DNA of 64,000 nt, taken from a virus. Below the pieces are notes generated by a model that saw only the letters and a program-made list of their open reading frames with translations, did not search any database and was not told the origin of the DNA. Position numbers and translations under genes: made by a program. This document shows positions 8,406 through 18,759 of the stretch, piece after piece; position 1 is the first letter of the stretch; each line of letters starts with the position of its first letter. Location: positions 1 to 64,000 of the IMG/VR virus record IMGVR_UViG_3300042987_003796; one strand, given 5' to 3'.

Positions 8406-10313
8406 ATGGCTACTTTTAAAGATTTTTTTCTTAATGATACTCCAACCAGTGGGGATTTTCTGGTTGGATATAGTCAAGATGGTTCTGCTGAATTTAGAAC
8501 AACAATAGAACAATTAGCGAACGCTATTCGTATTAGTGGCATAAACGGCGTAGATGGAAAAAGCGCTTATGAGCTTTGGCAGCTAGCTTCTCCAGCCAAT
8601 GTTGGAGACTTAAATGGATTCTTAAATAGTTTAATTGGAGTTGACGGAAAAGACGGGATTGATGGACAAGACGGGGCCGACGGTCAGGATGGGCTTGATG
8701 GAAGAGACGGGATTGATGGACAAGACGGGATTAATGGCAAAAGTGCTTATGAACTTTGGCAGCTGGTTTCTCCAGCTAATACTGGAGATTTGGCTGAATT
8801 TTTAAATACTTTGAAAGGCGACAAAGGCGATAAGGGTGATCATGGCGATCAAGGTGATAGCGCTTATAATTTATGGCTATTAGAAGATGGAAATGATGGA
8901 AAAACTGTAACTGAATTTTTAAATAGCTTAAAGGGTGAAAAGGGCGATACTGGAAGTATACCAAATATTACTACTAGTGACGTAACGGAAGGATCTAGAT
9001 TATATTTTACAAGCGAAAGAGCTTCTGGCGCCGCTCCTGTTCAATCTGTTAATGATAAAATCGGAAATGTGGCTATAGGTATAGATGATATTCCTAATTT
9101 GTCTGATGCTCTAAATAGCAAGCAACCAACTGGAAACTATGTCGAATTAGAAAATAATTATATTCCTTCTCGTTATATTCCTGGCTCGGTTGATCAAATT
9201 GAGGAATTTTCAAGTTTTAGTGAATTGCAATTAAACATTGGATCTTCTAATGTTTTATATGTTACGACTGATAATAATAAGGTTTATAGATGGGGCGGTA
9301 CAGTTTATGTAGAAATAGTTGCTTCGCCAGGTACCACAACAGAGATTTTAGAGGGAAACAACTTGTATTTTACAAGCGAAAGAGCTAGGTTAGCTGCTCC
9401 TGTTCAATCGGTAGCTAACAGAACGGGAGATATCTCATTGATGGTTTCAGATATAACTGGTTTGAGCGATAGTTTAATATCCTCTAATGTGACGAGTTCT
9501 GAAATCGTAGCTAAACTTCCATTGGGGGTAAACGTTGGTATATATAAAAACGATTCAATCATACCTAAAGATACCCCTTTTGAAACTATTTTGCAAAATA
9601 TGTTGATAACTAGGGTTGCTTATAGTTATAAAGCGCCAACTTTATCGGTTGATTATCAGGGTTTAAATCCTGCGGCAACATACGAAGTTGGCGATACTAT
9701 AAGTTTTAATATTAATCCAACATATACTAAAAACGACGGTGGAAACTTAATAGACTTCACATATTCAAGGGCTGGTTCGTCTTTGGGAACTGGTAGTTCA
9801 TACTCGGTATCTGCGTATAAAATCGTATCAAATACTACATTTCAGGTTTCTGCAAATTACAGCGACGGTCCAATATATAATGATAATTTGGGTAATCCAG
9901 ATAATAATAACATTAAAGCTGGCACGTTGACAGCAACAAAAACAGTAAATGTTTTATATCCATATTTTTATGGAAAATCTACTACTCAGCCAACCGTTGA
10001 TAGCATAGCCGCTACTATACAAGCTGGAAACGCTACAAAAGTAATAGCCGATGCAAATGGTACAGTTTCAATAACATACAATGCAAACGCTGAGTATATT
10101 TGGTTTGCTCACCTTGCTTCTCAAACAACTAAAAAAAAGTGGTACAATACTGTTAATAACAACGGAGATATAGGCTCTGGGACAGTTTTGCAAGCTCCAG
10201 CTACGAAGTATATAAATTCACCAAGCTCAAATTGGACAAATATAGAATATAAAATATACATAGGAGCATTTGCTACTAAAACAGAAGGGGTTTTCGAACT
10301 TAGAAATTCTTGA
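8406..10313 (+). CDS. Collagen-repeat fibre protein
   Basis: Gly-X-Y runs (DGQDGADG, GDKGDKGD), GKSAYELW-type units x3, EG..LYFTSERA..AAPVQSV x2. Confidence 0.75.
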   Translation: MATFKDFFLNDTPTSGDFLVGYSQDGSAEFRTTIEQLANAIRISGINGVDGKSAYELWQLASPANVGDLNGFLNSLIGVDGKDGIDGQDGADGQDGLDGRDGIDGQDGINGKSAYELWQLVSPANTGDLAEFLNTLKGDKGDKGDHGDQGDSAYNLWLLEDGNDGKTVTEFLNSLKGEKGDTGSIPNITTSDVTEGSRLYFTSERASGAAPVQSVNDKIGNVAIGIDDIPNLSDALNSKQPTGNYVELENNYIPSRYIPGSVDQIEEFSSFSELQLNIGSSNVLYVTTDNNKVYRWGGTVYVEIVASPGTTTEILEGNNLYFTSERARLAAPVQSVANRTGDISLMVSDITGLSDSLISSNVTSSEIVAKLPLGVNVGIYKNDSIIPKDTPFETILQNMLITRVAYSYKAPTLSVDYQGLNPAATYEVGDTISFNINPTYTKNDGGNLIDFTYSRAGSSLGTGSSYSVSAYKIVSNTTFQVSANYSDGPIYNDNLGNPDNNNIKAGTLTATKTVNVLYPYFYGKSTTQPTVDSIAATIQAGNATKVIADANGTVSITYNANAEYIWFAHLASQTTKKKWYNTVNNNGDIGSGTVLQAPATKYINSPSSNWTNIEYKIYIGAFATKTEGVFELRNS

Positions 10314-10314
10314 A

Positions 10315-12282
10315 ATGGCTATTACACTTAATGATAATTTGCAGGTACAGGCTAATAAAAATATTGATAACCGATATGGTCCATATAATAGCTTAACGCA
10401 GGCATTAACCTCCATAGCTGCTTTTCAAAGGTCAAGAGGTTTAACTGTTGGCGTTATAGAAGAGGGCTTGTTGAAAGAATATTGGTTTAAAGATGGTGTA
10501 TCCGATGCTGATTTAGTGGAAAAAAATTCAGTTAGTAAAAATTCAGTTAGTATTATTTCAAAAACTTATACAGAATTAAAAACACTAAAAGATAATTCTC
10601 AACTAATTGCGGGTCAAACTTATAAAATAACAGATTTCCAACTTAAATGGTGGAACCTTAGCATTAATGATAACACGGTCAAAACAAGCGCATATGTTGA
10701 GCCGTTAAATATTACAGCTATTGCAAATAATAAATTTTCAAACATAGCTAGTTCAGATTTATATCCACAAGATATATTATATTATGATTTTGAAGCCACC
10801 ACCTCCAGAAGTTGGGGGGGTGGTGATTCTGCTCTTAATTCGTCTCCAATTACAAATTTTAAAGGAGATATATACAGAAGAATTGATCCAATAACAGATA
10901 TTGATATTTGCTATGATTGGAGACATATAACAGTTAATTGTTGCAGACCAGATTTATCTTCAATTATAACATGGACATCTTCATTAACTGCTAAATTATA
11001 TGATGTTGTTAAATTAAACGGCAAGTTATTCATATCTATACTTGATAATAATATATATCCAACAACCAACAGCTATGCTTGGCAACCTTTCTCTGATTAT
11101 AATGAAGAATACACTTACTTTCCCACCGATGAATCTTTTGGATTGTCTATACTCAGACCACCTACAAATATTACTGATATCAACACGTTTTACAATTATG
11201 TAAATTATAATTCAAATGCTTATATTTTAAATGTGCCAGCACTCGCCTCCACAAGAGTACAAAAATATACTTTTAATAATAGTACCGAAAGCATTGGAAG
11301 TCGAGAATTTAATGGAACTAGCATAAAATTAGGTGTTGGTTCGCATAGTAATATATTTTGTGGTTATAATAAGTATATAGATCTTGGCTATGAAGCCAGA
11401 TATAATATATTCCATTATAATAATAGTAACATTTTTGCGGTTTCTAATTTTTCACAAAACATTATTAGTAATACAGTTCAAAATAATTCTTTTGGATCAA
11501 CCGTGAAATTAAACGTATTCTCATCTCAATTTATTAATAATAAATTTTTAGATACTATTGTTTATAATAAATTTAGTTTTAGACAATCAGGAAATGTATT
11601 TGATAGTCAGGTAGCTGGTAATTTTTTTAGTAGCGGTATGGATAGTAATAAGTTTGGGAGTACTGTTATAGGAAATCTAACAAGACCTTCATTTAATTTA
11701 AGTAATCTTGGCCCAGTGTATTGCGGCAACAGTTTTGGTTCATACTCTGGCGGTAACATAACACTAGGAAATTGCGTTAATAATAGTTCGTTGGATCAAG
11801 TTGCAGGAAATACTTTAGGTCCCGGGTTCGTAAACAATAAATTAGGAAATTTTCAAAAAAACGAAATAGGTCCGGGATGTATCAATAATATTTTTCCTTA
11901 TTATAGTTCTGCAAACAAAATCGGAAATGGATTTGAAGGCAATACAGCAACTCCTACTTCGAGTGCAACAGGGTATATGTATTATAATACAATTGGTCAA
12001 GAATTTCAATATAATGTTATTGGAGACAATTTTAAAATAAACGAAATAGGAACAAGAATGACAGGATGTACATTAGGAAATGTATTTAGAAAAAACAAAA
12101 TAGCTAGCGGAGATTATACATATGATTATGGCTCTCAAATGTTAAACGGTGTTGATTTTAGAACCGCTACCCATGTTGCGAACAATTATTATAAAACTAT
12201 TTTTCATAACTCCGCAGGACAAGCAAGACTAAGTTATTATAACGAAAATGATCAATTAATTATAACAGATATAACAGCATAA
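10315..12282 (+). CDS. Beta-helix receptor-binding/tailspike-like protein, paralog A
   Basis: Likely start is ATG 10315, just after the upstream TGA; Asn-rich N.(I/F)G..F..N repeats; similar to the next gene. Confidence 0.65.
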   Translation: MAITLNDNLQVQANKNIDNRYGPYNSLTQALTSIAAFQRSRGLTVGVIEEGLLKEYWFKDGVSDADLVEKNSVSKNSVSIISKTYTELKTLKDNSQLIAGQTYKITDFQLKWWNLSINDNTVKTSAYVEPLNITAIANNKFSNIASSDLYPQDILYYDFEATTSRSWGGGDSALNSSPITNFKGDIYRRIDPITDIDICYDWRHITVNCCRPDLSSIITWTSSLTAKLYDVVKLNGKLFISILDNNIYPTTNSYAWQPFSDYNEEYTYFPTDESFGLSILRPPTNITDINTFYNYVNYNSNAYILNVPALASTRVQKYTFNNSTESIGSREFNGTSIKLGVGSHSNIFCGYNKYIDLGYEARYNIFHYNNSNIFAVSNFSQNIISNTVQNNSFGSTVKLNVFSSQFINNKFLDTIVYNKFSFRQSGNVFDSQVAGNFFSSGMDSNKFGSTVIGNLTRPSFNLSNLGPVYCGNSFGSYSGGNITLGNCVNNSSLDQVAGNTLGPGFVNNKLGNFQKNEIGPGCINNIFPYYSSANKIGNGFEGNTATPTSSATGYMYYNTIGQEFQYNVIGDNFKINEIGTRMTGCTLGNVFRKNKIASGDYTYDYGSQMLNGVDFRTATHVANNYYKTIFHNSAGQARLSYYNENDQLIITDITA

Positions 12283-12283
12283 T

Positions 12284-13891
12284 ATGGCTACAATTACTAC
12301 TACAGTCAATACAATTTCAAAAACTTATGCGCAATTAAAAACTTTGCGAGAATCTTCTTCTTTAACACCAGGACAATATTATAAGATAACAGATTTCCAG
12401 ACAAAATGGTGGAATCAAGCAACGCAACAAACTGGTGGGTATTTTGTCTTAACTAGCTCGGTGGTAGAACCCTTAAACGTTTTAGCAGTGGCTACGAATA
12501 AATTTTCAAACATAGCTAGTTCAGATTTATATCCACAAGATATATTATATTATGATTTTGAAGCCGTTACGAATTATGGTATGTTATATGGAACAGGCAT
12601 ATCAAACTTTAAAGGTTGGATCACAAGGAGAATAGATAGCAATAAAAATATAGATGTTTCTTTAGATTGGAGACATATAACCGTTAATTGTTGTAGACCA
12701 GATTTATCAAGTATTCCTACATGGTCTTCAACTACTACATACAATCTTTGGAGTGTAGTAAAAGTTAATAATAAATTATATTATTCGTTACAAAACAATA
12801 ATATAAACAACAATCCAGTTCCCAATCCCTCATATATAAATACGCCTACTGTTTATTGGAGGCCAATATCAGGATTTCGAGAAGGATTAACATACTTTCC
12901 TACTGATGAGCTTTTTGGTTTTTATGCTAATAAACCAGATGGGTCATATCTTGTTAACTTACCTGCTGATTCTGCTACTAGAACTCAAAAATATATGTTT
13001 GGGGTAGATGCAGAATCTGGTAATAATGCAAATTCTTTAGATGGTTATTCGAACATTACAATTCAAGGGACAGGTTGTTGGGGTAATATATTTTGCGGTG
13101 GAGGCAAGCAATTAAAGTTCGGCTCAAACTGTTATTTAAATTTACTAGCATATATGGAATCCAATATAGCAGGAGATAATTTTAGATTAAATATATTATC
13201 TAGTAACGCGAACAATAAATTTGGAGATGGGTTTGAAAATAACAGATCAACTATAGACACTGTGCATCCATCTTTTTCATTTTCAGAAAATGTGTTTATT
13301 ACTAATACCACCAATAATATTTTTCTTGGTGGAACTGTTGGCAATATTTTTGATGTATCTACTTCTTACAACCATTTTGGACCTGTTACCAGAGGAAATA
13401 AAATAGGTAGTAATTGTTTTAGCAATTTTTTTCCTCATTATCAAACAAGATATAATACACTCGCTCCTTTTTTTAATAATAATTTTATAGATTCTAATGC
13501 GGGTTTTGAAGGGAATGTGACATTAGGATCATGTCTCAGGAATATATTTAGCGGCAGTGCGGGAGATAATTTAATTGGGAATAATTTTAGAGATAATATT
13601 ATTGGTAGTGATTTTATTAAAAATCAAATTGCAGCTAATTTTATTTTCAATACAATAGGCAATTATTTTAATTGCAATATTATAGGAGACTTTAACGCCT
13701 ATAACACTATAGGACACTATTTTAGGAGAAATAATGTAAGTGCTGGGGCTATTGGGAATACTAACTTCACATCATCCACTTTAGTATATAATAATTACGA
13801 TAAAACAATATTTCTAAACTCCGCAGGACAAGCGAGATTAAGTTATTACAATTCTTCGGACGTGCAAGTAGTAACTTCGCCAACAGCTTAA
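12284..13891 (+). CDS. Beta-helix receptor-binding/tailspike-like protein, paralog B
   Basis: Shares YKITDFQ.KWWN, NKFSNIASSDLYPQDILYYDFEA, WRHITVNCCRPDLSS and NSAGQARLSYYN with paralog A. Confidence 0.65.
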   Translation: MATITTTVNTISKTYAQLKTLRESSSLTPGQYYKITDFQTKWWNQATQQTGGYFVLTSSVVEPLNVLAVATNKFSNIASSDLYPQDILYYDFEAVTNYGMLYGTGISNFKGWITRRIDSNKNIDVSLDWRHITVNCCRPDLSSIPTWSSTTTYNLWSVVKVNNKLYYSLQNNNINNNPVPNPSYINTPTVYWRPISGFREGLTYFPTDELFGFYANKPDGSYLVNLPADSATRTQKYMFGVDAESGNNANSLDGYSNITIQGTGCWGNIFCGGGKQLKFGSNCYLNLLAYMESNIAGDNFRLNILSSNANNKFGDGFENNRSTIDTVHPSFSFSENVFITNTTNNIFLGGTVGNIFDVSTSYNHFGPVTRGNKIGSNCFSNFFPHYQTRYNTLAPFFNNNFIDSNAGFEGNVTLGSCLRNIFSGSAGDNLIGNNFRDNIIGSDFIKNQIAANFIFNTIGNYFNCNIIGDFNAYNTIGHYFRRNNVSAGAIGNTNFTSSTLVYNNYDKTIFLNSAGQARLSYYNSSDVQVVTSPTA

Positions 13892-13894
13892 AAT

Positions 13895-14182
13895 ATGAAA
13901 ACAGTAACAATAATAAAAGATGCTTATATAGACAACTCGCTTAGAGTTAGTTATTTTGATAAAAATGCAACAAAAAAAGAGTCGAGATTGAGAGACATAT
14001 CATCGTTGATGTTCTCCTTATCTGGAGAATTTCCAAAGTCGGAAGAGATATATGAAGAATTCGAAGTAACTTATGAAGATTTACTTTTTTGTGAAAGACT
14101 TAAATGGGTAAATGAAGAAAACGAATTAGATGAACAAATTGAAGCCAAGAGATTATTTTTTGAAAAAAAGATAAACAGTTAA
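13895..14182 (+). CDS. Hypothetical protein (possible fibre chaperone)
   Basis: 95-aa acidic ORF directly after the fibre genes. Confidence 0.55.
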   Translation: MKTVTIIKDAYIDNSLRVSYFDKNATKKESRLRDISSLMFSLSGEFPKSEEIYEEFEVTYEDLLFCERLKWVNEENELDEQIEAKRLFFEKKINS

Positions 14183-14242
14183 ATTAACTTTTTTTACCGT
14201 TTAATTTCCCAAAAATATAAATCAGGATGTTTTTACCATTCG

Positions 14243-14422
14243 GTGTTTGAAAACATCCAACAAGAAGCAAACCTTAATAAAATTAATACTCTGCCACATG
14301 ATACGTTTAATCTCAAGCTGTCAGATATCACTGATGCGGAAAGTATTAGGGCTAGGTTGAAGAATGTAGCAACCGTAGATAACGTCGGGGTTATTATTTC
14401 GGACTCTCTAACTAGAGAGTAG
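14243..14422 (+). pseudogene. Short ORF or remnant of a fibre-gene C-terminus
   Basis: GTG..TAG, 59 aa, ending LSDITDAESIRARLKNVATVDNVGVIISDSLTRE; below the ORF-track cutoff. Confidence 0.4.
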
Positions 14423-14503
14423 TTTGATTATGTTAAATTAGTAATAAGTTTATTATCTAAACGAATAGAAGATAAATACTATAAAATAGTGTAGATATTT
14501 TCT

Positions 14504-15058
14504 ATGAGCTGTGTTTATTTTAACGATTTTATTAGATCTGTTCATGAGGAGATAGGTGAGGCTGCAGGATATTCTTATGAATATTTGGCGTACTGGTTTG
14601 CTGGAAACTATAATCTTGGCAGACTGAATACTCTTATTGATACATGCTTTTCTGGTTCATATGTAACGGGGGAGTATGGGGAGATGACAAGTTATGCTAT
14701 AACTCCAGAAATGCATTCTGAAGAAACAGCTATTTATCAAAAAATATTTGAATTAGATTTTTATAGTAAAATGGCTAGAAATACTTTGCGTGAAATATCC
14801 AGCGGTGGAGCAGACTGGATATCTTTGAGGGAGGGCGATTCCTCTATTACTAAAATAAACAAAAATGAAGTCGCAAAGAATTATAGGTCGCTTTCCCAAG
14901 ATGCTAAATTAGAACTAGATAAAATGGTGGACTCTTATCTTAAATTTAGGGCTGTGCCTCAGCAGGTTGTTGGAGATGATGCTGTTGAAGGTGGATATTA
15001 TGTTGGTCCTGGTTCATCTTATGATACTTATAGAGGAAATAGGGAAAACTTATTATAA
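14504..15058 (+). CDS. Putative head-tail adaptor (copy 2)
   Basis: First of four small genes preceding the tail tube; canonical neck-gene order. Confidence 0.55.
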   Translation: MSCVYFNDFIRSVHEEIGEAAGYSYEYLAYWFAGNYNLGRLNTLIDTCFSGSYVTGEYGEMTSYAITPEMHSEETAIYQKIFELDFYSKMARNTLREISSGGADWISLREGDSSITKINKNEVAKNYRSLSQDAKLELDKMVDSYLKFRAVPQQVVGDDAVEGGYYVGPGSSYDTYRGNRENLL

Positions 15059-15513
15059 TGCAAAATTTTTTTACAGCTGAGCAAAAAGCTAGTTACGAAG
15101 ACGCCTTTGAATCTTTGCACGAATCATTTGGTAGAGATGTAACTATAATAAAAGAATCTAAAAGAGTTATTATTAATACTTCCGATTCTGAATATAACTA
15201 TTTCTATTCTGATGATTCTCAATCTTCTATTGAGGAGGCTTTTGTCCCTGTATCTGGGGTTTTCAAAATGAGGGTTATGTGGCAGGATCCAAGTAAAGAA
15301 GTTTTGTCCGCAGAAAATGGAATGGATACAGTTAGACCAAAAATACATGATAATTTATGCCGCTTGAAAATGAGAAAAGAAGCCTATGATTTTATTAATG
15401 GTTATAAGCAATTTGTAGTAGATGAAAAAAAATGTGATTGGGTTGGATTTTCAAAACCTCATGGAATAATTTCTCCTCAATTTTATACTATAATACTTAA
15501 AGAGGTCAATTAG
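15058..15513 (+). CDS. Putative head-closure protein
   Basis: Synteny and size; beta-rich. Confidence 0.5.
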   Translation: MQNFFTAEQKASYEDAFESLHESFGRDVTIIKESKRVIINTSDSEYNYFYSDDSQSSIEEAFVPVSGVFKMRVMWQDPSKEVLSAENGMDTVRPKIHDNLCRLKMRKEAYDFINGYKQFVVDEKKCDWVGFSKPHGIISPQFYTIILKEVN

Positions 15514-15517
15514 ACTT

Positions 15518-16105
15518 ATGGCTGAAATAGATTATAGAAAATTAAATCTAAATATAGGTAAGTATAAGATTGTGAAATCCGCTGCTTTAGAAATAGCTGA
15601 AAGCAAACTTCAGGATTCCAAAAAAACATTGCTTGATTCGTTTTCATCTCACCCTGTTACTGTTGAGATACAAGGCGGCGCAGCTTCTAATAATATATCT
15701 GGCACTCTTGGTGGCTATGGCAATCTTTTTTCTTTTATTGGTTTTCCGTCTGGCTTGGATCCTATAGAGCCAGTTAAAAAATTAATAAATAAGATAAGAT
15801 TAATTAGAAAATCTTACGTTAAGCAAGAAAAAAATGGAATGCTTATAAGTTTTAATGTTTTATCGCCTAAATTGTCAGATTTTGAAAGCGCCTCCCCAAT
15901 ACCTTGGGCTAGTGGAAGAAGCTGGCTGAGTGGAATAGAAAAAGGAATAAGCGGACTTGGATATTTTCTTTCCAAGAGCGGATCTGGTAGATCTGAGGGT
16001 GGAGAGCAAATTAAAAATCAAATTAGACAACTTTCGTTTAAAAGGGTTTCTTATTTTTCGAAAATGTATTCCGATTTCTTCAAAAGACTTGTAAATAATA
16101 AATAA
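15518..16105 (+). CDS. Putative neck/tail-completion protein
   Basis: Synteny; basic, Gly-rich. Confidence 0.5.
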   Translation: MAEIDYRKLNLNIGKYKIVKSAALEIAESKLQDSKKTLLDSFSSHPVTVEIQGGAASNNISGTLGGYGNLFSFIGFPSGLDPIEPVKKLINKIRLIRKSYVKQEKNGMLISFNVLSPKLSDFESASPIPWASGRSWLSGIEKGISGLGYFLSKSGSGRSEGGEQIKNQIRQLSFKRVSYFSKMYSDFFKRLVNNK

Positions 16106-16107
16106 AA

Positions 16108-16956
16108 ATGAAGCCTTCTTTTATAAATGAATTATCTGCTTCTTTCATGATGTTTTTAGATCATGAGGTATGTTATAATGCAAATGGCTTTTTAAATGTA
16201 ACAAGTGGAAAACTTTATCCTTCCAATGATTTATCATTTGGAAATAAAACAGTTTATCAGTCTGAGTATAGGCAGTGGGTAGCGGATAATAGTATATCTA
16301 ATATTGGTGGGGTAGTAGCTGATTCTATTTATTATGGAAATAATACTCTTAACAAACTACAAAACGGATTACGAATTGATTATGGAATGGGAAGAGTTTT
16401 TTTAGATGAATCTTTTCCTAAAAATCTAACAAATTTAACCGCTACGTTTTCGAGAAAAGAATTTAATATATTCTTGACCTCTAAAGACGAAATGCGGCTT
16501 TTGATGGAAGATCCTAATTATTATAGGATGTTTCCTAGCGGAATGGCAAAAAATATAGAGCCATATCCTCTTATTTATGTTAAGAATTTTTATAGCGAAA
16601 ACAAGCCATTCGCGTTTGGCGGAATGGACGAGTCTGAATATGAGTTTAGATGTACAGTGTTATCTGATAATGCATTTAAATTAGATTCAATAAATTCCAC
16701 ATTACAAGATTGCGCTAGAAAAAACTTTTCGATTATTCCTTCTTCTGGAATTCCTTTTGATATCTTTGGTGATTTTAAATCTGGAGTTCAGTATGATTAC
16801 TTTAATTTATGTGGTCAATTTTCAAATAATTCTGCTTATATAGATTCTGTAAAAGTTTCTAAATTTGATGAAAGATTAAATAAAATAATAAAGGATGGAG
16901 TTTGGGGAGGATTTATTGATTTTAAAATAAAAGCATTGAGATATCCAAGGTTATAA
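16108..16956 (+). CDS. Putative tail terminator
   Basis: Directly upstream of the tail tube; PYPLIYV...FAFGG pattern. Confidence 0.5.
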   Translation: MKPSFINELSASFMMFLDHEVCYNANGFLNVTSGKLYPSNDLSFGNKTVYQSEYRQWVADNSISNIGGVVADSIYYGNNTLNKLQNGLRIDYGMGRVFLDESFPKNLTNLTATFSRKEFNIFLTSKDEMRLLMEDPNYYRMFPSGMAKNIEPYPLIYVKNFYSENKPFAFGGMDESEYEFRCTVLSDNAFKLDSINSTLQDCARKNFSIIPSSGIPFDIFGDFKSGVQYDYFNLCGQFSNNSAYIDSVKVSKFDERLNKIIKDGVWGGFIDFKIKALRYPRL

Positions 16957-17039
16957 AATAATATTCCCATAATTTTTTTTATGATGTAATCTAAATTATA
17001 GTTTTTAACTCTTAACAACTAATAAAATAAAATAAAAAT

Positions 17040-18137
17040 ATGGGAAGAAATCGTATCATTTATCAAAGCTTAGCTCTTTATGCTGGGCAAAATAATGCTC
17101 AATCTGGTGTTCATACTGGCATTGGGGCAATTCAGCAACTTACTAGGGTTCAGAGCTGGGATTCTGATTTTTCAAGAAGCTTTACTGATATTAACCAGTA
17201 TGGTCAACTAGCTGCTATTGACCGTATTGAGGTTGAGGCTCCTACTGTTAACATGAGCACTTCTTGGTATCCTACTGATGGTTTTAACGAAAGATCTATT
17301 GGCTTAAGCGTTTGTGGGAGTGGTCAAAATCCTACGGCATTACTTTCTGGTATTCTTAAAAAACAAACTGATGAAAAAAATTATTTTTTATTAGTTGCAA
17401 ATGAGGGAAGTGATGCTGTTGGTTATGTTGGTGCTAAAACTGGAGTTTTTGGAGTCGGTAATTGTTTCTTAACTTCTTACTCTCTTGAAGGTAAGGTTGG
17501 TGATGTTCCAACTGCGACAGCTGATTTTGAAGCGCTTAATTTTGCTGTTTATGCAGACGCTTCTATTTCAAATAATATTCCTGCAATTAATCCTTCTAAT
17601 GGAACTAAAGTAACAGGTATCAAGTTTAGTCTTCCTTCTGCTGTTGAAAGTACTGCTAGCCAGGTTACTGTTTTAAGACCAGGCGATATTACCTTAACGC
17701 TTACAGATACTCAGGTTAAAGGTTTTGCTGCTGATGATATCAAGATTCAAAGCTTTACATTAAAGTCTGATCTTAAAAGAACACCGATTCAAAAACTTGG
17801 AAGCAGATTCCCATTTAGTAGAGAAATTGATTTCCCTATTACGGCTTCTCTCTCGGTTGAGGCTCAAATGGGCGACTTGAGAGATTTTAATCTTTCTGAT
17901 CTTCTTTGCGAAACCGGATTCTATGATATGACTATTACTCTTAGAGAGAATAGCTGCTCAGGAAATGGTGATATCGGAATACTTGCTCAATTAAAAGGTG
18001 CCAAACTTCTTTCGGAGAACGTCACTACTTCAATTGGTGATAATGCTTCTGTTACTCTTGAATATGAAGTTAGCATTGGTGGACCAGAAGATTTAGCTAA
18101 AGGCGTATTCATATCTGGAAGTTATCCAACTATTTAA
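17040..18137 (+). CDS. Major tail (tube) protein
   Basis: 365 aa, beta-rich with two similar halves; upstream of chaperones and TMP; strongly biased codons. Confidence 0.7.
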   Translation: MGRNRIIYQSLALYAGQNNAQSGVHTGIGAIQQLTRVQSWDSDFSRSFTDINQYGQLAAIDRIEVEAPTVNMSTSWYPTDGFNERSIGLSVCGSGQNPTALLSGILKKQTDEKNYFLLVANEGSDAVGYVGAKTGVFGVGNCFLTSYSLEGKVGDVPTATADFEALNFAVYADASISNNIPAINPSNGTKVTGIKFSLPSAVESTASQVTVLRPGDITLTLTDTQVKGFAADDIKIQSFTLKSDLKRTPIQKLGSRFPFSREIDFPITASLSVEAQMGDLRDFNLSDLLCETGFYDMTITLRENSCSGNGDIGILAQLKGAKLLSENVTTSIGDNASVTLEYEVSIGGPEDLAKGVFISGSYPTI

Positions 18138-18150
18138 TAGTGATTTTATA

Positions 18151-18378
18151 ATGACGATTACTCTTTCAGAGCTTGTTTACGCTGCTAAAACAAAGCCTCT
18201 GGGTTTCCTTGAAGAGGCTTTGAGAAGGGGCGTTGTTAAGAATGAATGCTTAGAACTAAGTGATGGCGATTATGAGTTTATAAAAAATAATTTTTCATTG
18301 TCTTCAGATAAAAAACAAAGCGCTAGAGTCGCTTTTATAGATCCGTCAGCGAACATTAAAGTTAGTCGTTTATTTTAA
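18151..18378 (+). CDS. Hypothetical protein
   Basis: 75-aa ORF before a terminator. Confidence 0.6.
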   Translation: MTITLSELVYAAKTKPLGFLEEALRRGVVKNECLELSDGDYEFIKNNFSLSSDKKQSARVAFIDPSANIKVSRLF

Positions 18379-18403
18379 AACTATTTTTTAACTATTCTAT
18401 AAT

Positions 18404-18433
18404 ACAAAAAAGAGCCTTATGGCTCTTTTTTGT
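18404..18433. terminator. Intrinsic terminator (potentially bidirectional)
   Basis: ACAAAAAAGAGCC-TTAT-GGCTCTTTTTTGT. Confidence 0.9.
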
Positions 18434-18491
18434 TTTATTATGTGTATATATTTATAGGTTTTGGTTATAAAAGGTAAAAAGGTTAAGAAAT

Positions 18492-18725
18492 ATGCAAAAA
18501 TTTGAATTTTATTTTGATAAATTTCTTTCGCAAAAAGTTGAAAAAGAAATAAAGTATTTATTTGTATCTCATTTATTGTATCTCGAAGAGTTATCTAATC
18601 GGGGAGTAATATCTAATGATGAATATCAGGCGAAAAGAAAAGAGATTTTTGATAAAGGTAATACCGCTATAAGAAATATTGATGAACAAATTAACTCGAT
18701 TTTTTCGAATTTACGTTTGGTTTAA
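18492..18725 (+). CDS. Hypothetical protein
   Basis: 77-aa ORF with AAAGG upstream. Confidence 0.65.
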   Translation: MQKFEFYFDKFLSQKVEKEIKYLFVSHLLYLEELSNRGVISNDEYQAKRKEIFDKGNTAIRNIDEQINSIFSNLRLV

Positions 18726-18759
18726 ATATAATAGGAATTAGGTAAAAGGAAAATAAAAA

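Noticed and set aside
10729-12565. Diversity-generating retroelement TR/VR pair
   Set aside because: Copies are identical rather than adenine-mutated, both lie inside paralogous genes, and no reverse transcriptase is in the window
17040-18137. Contractile tail sheath
   Set aside because: No sheath-sized gene or motifs beside the tube gene; layout fits a non-contractile tail, though genes outside the window cannot be excluded
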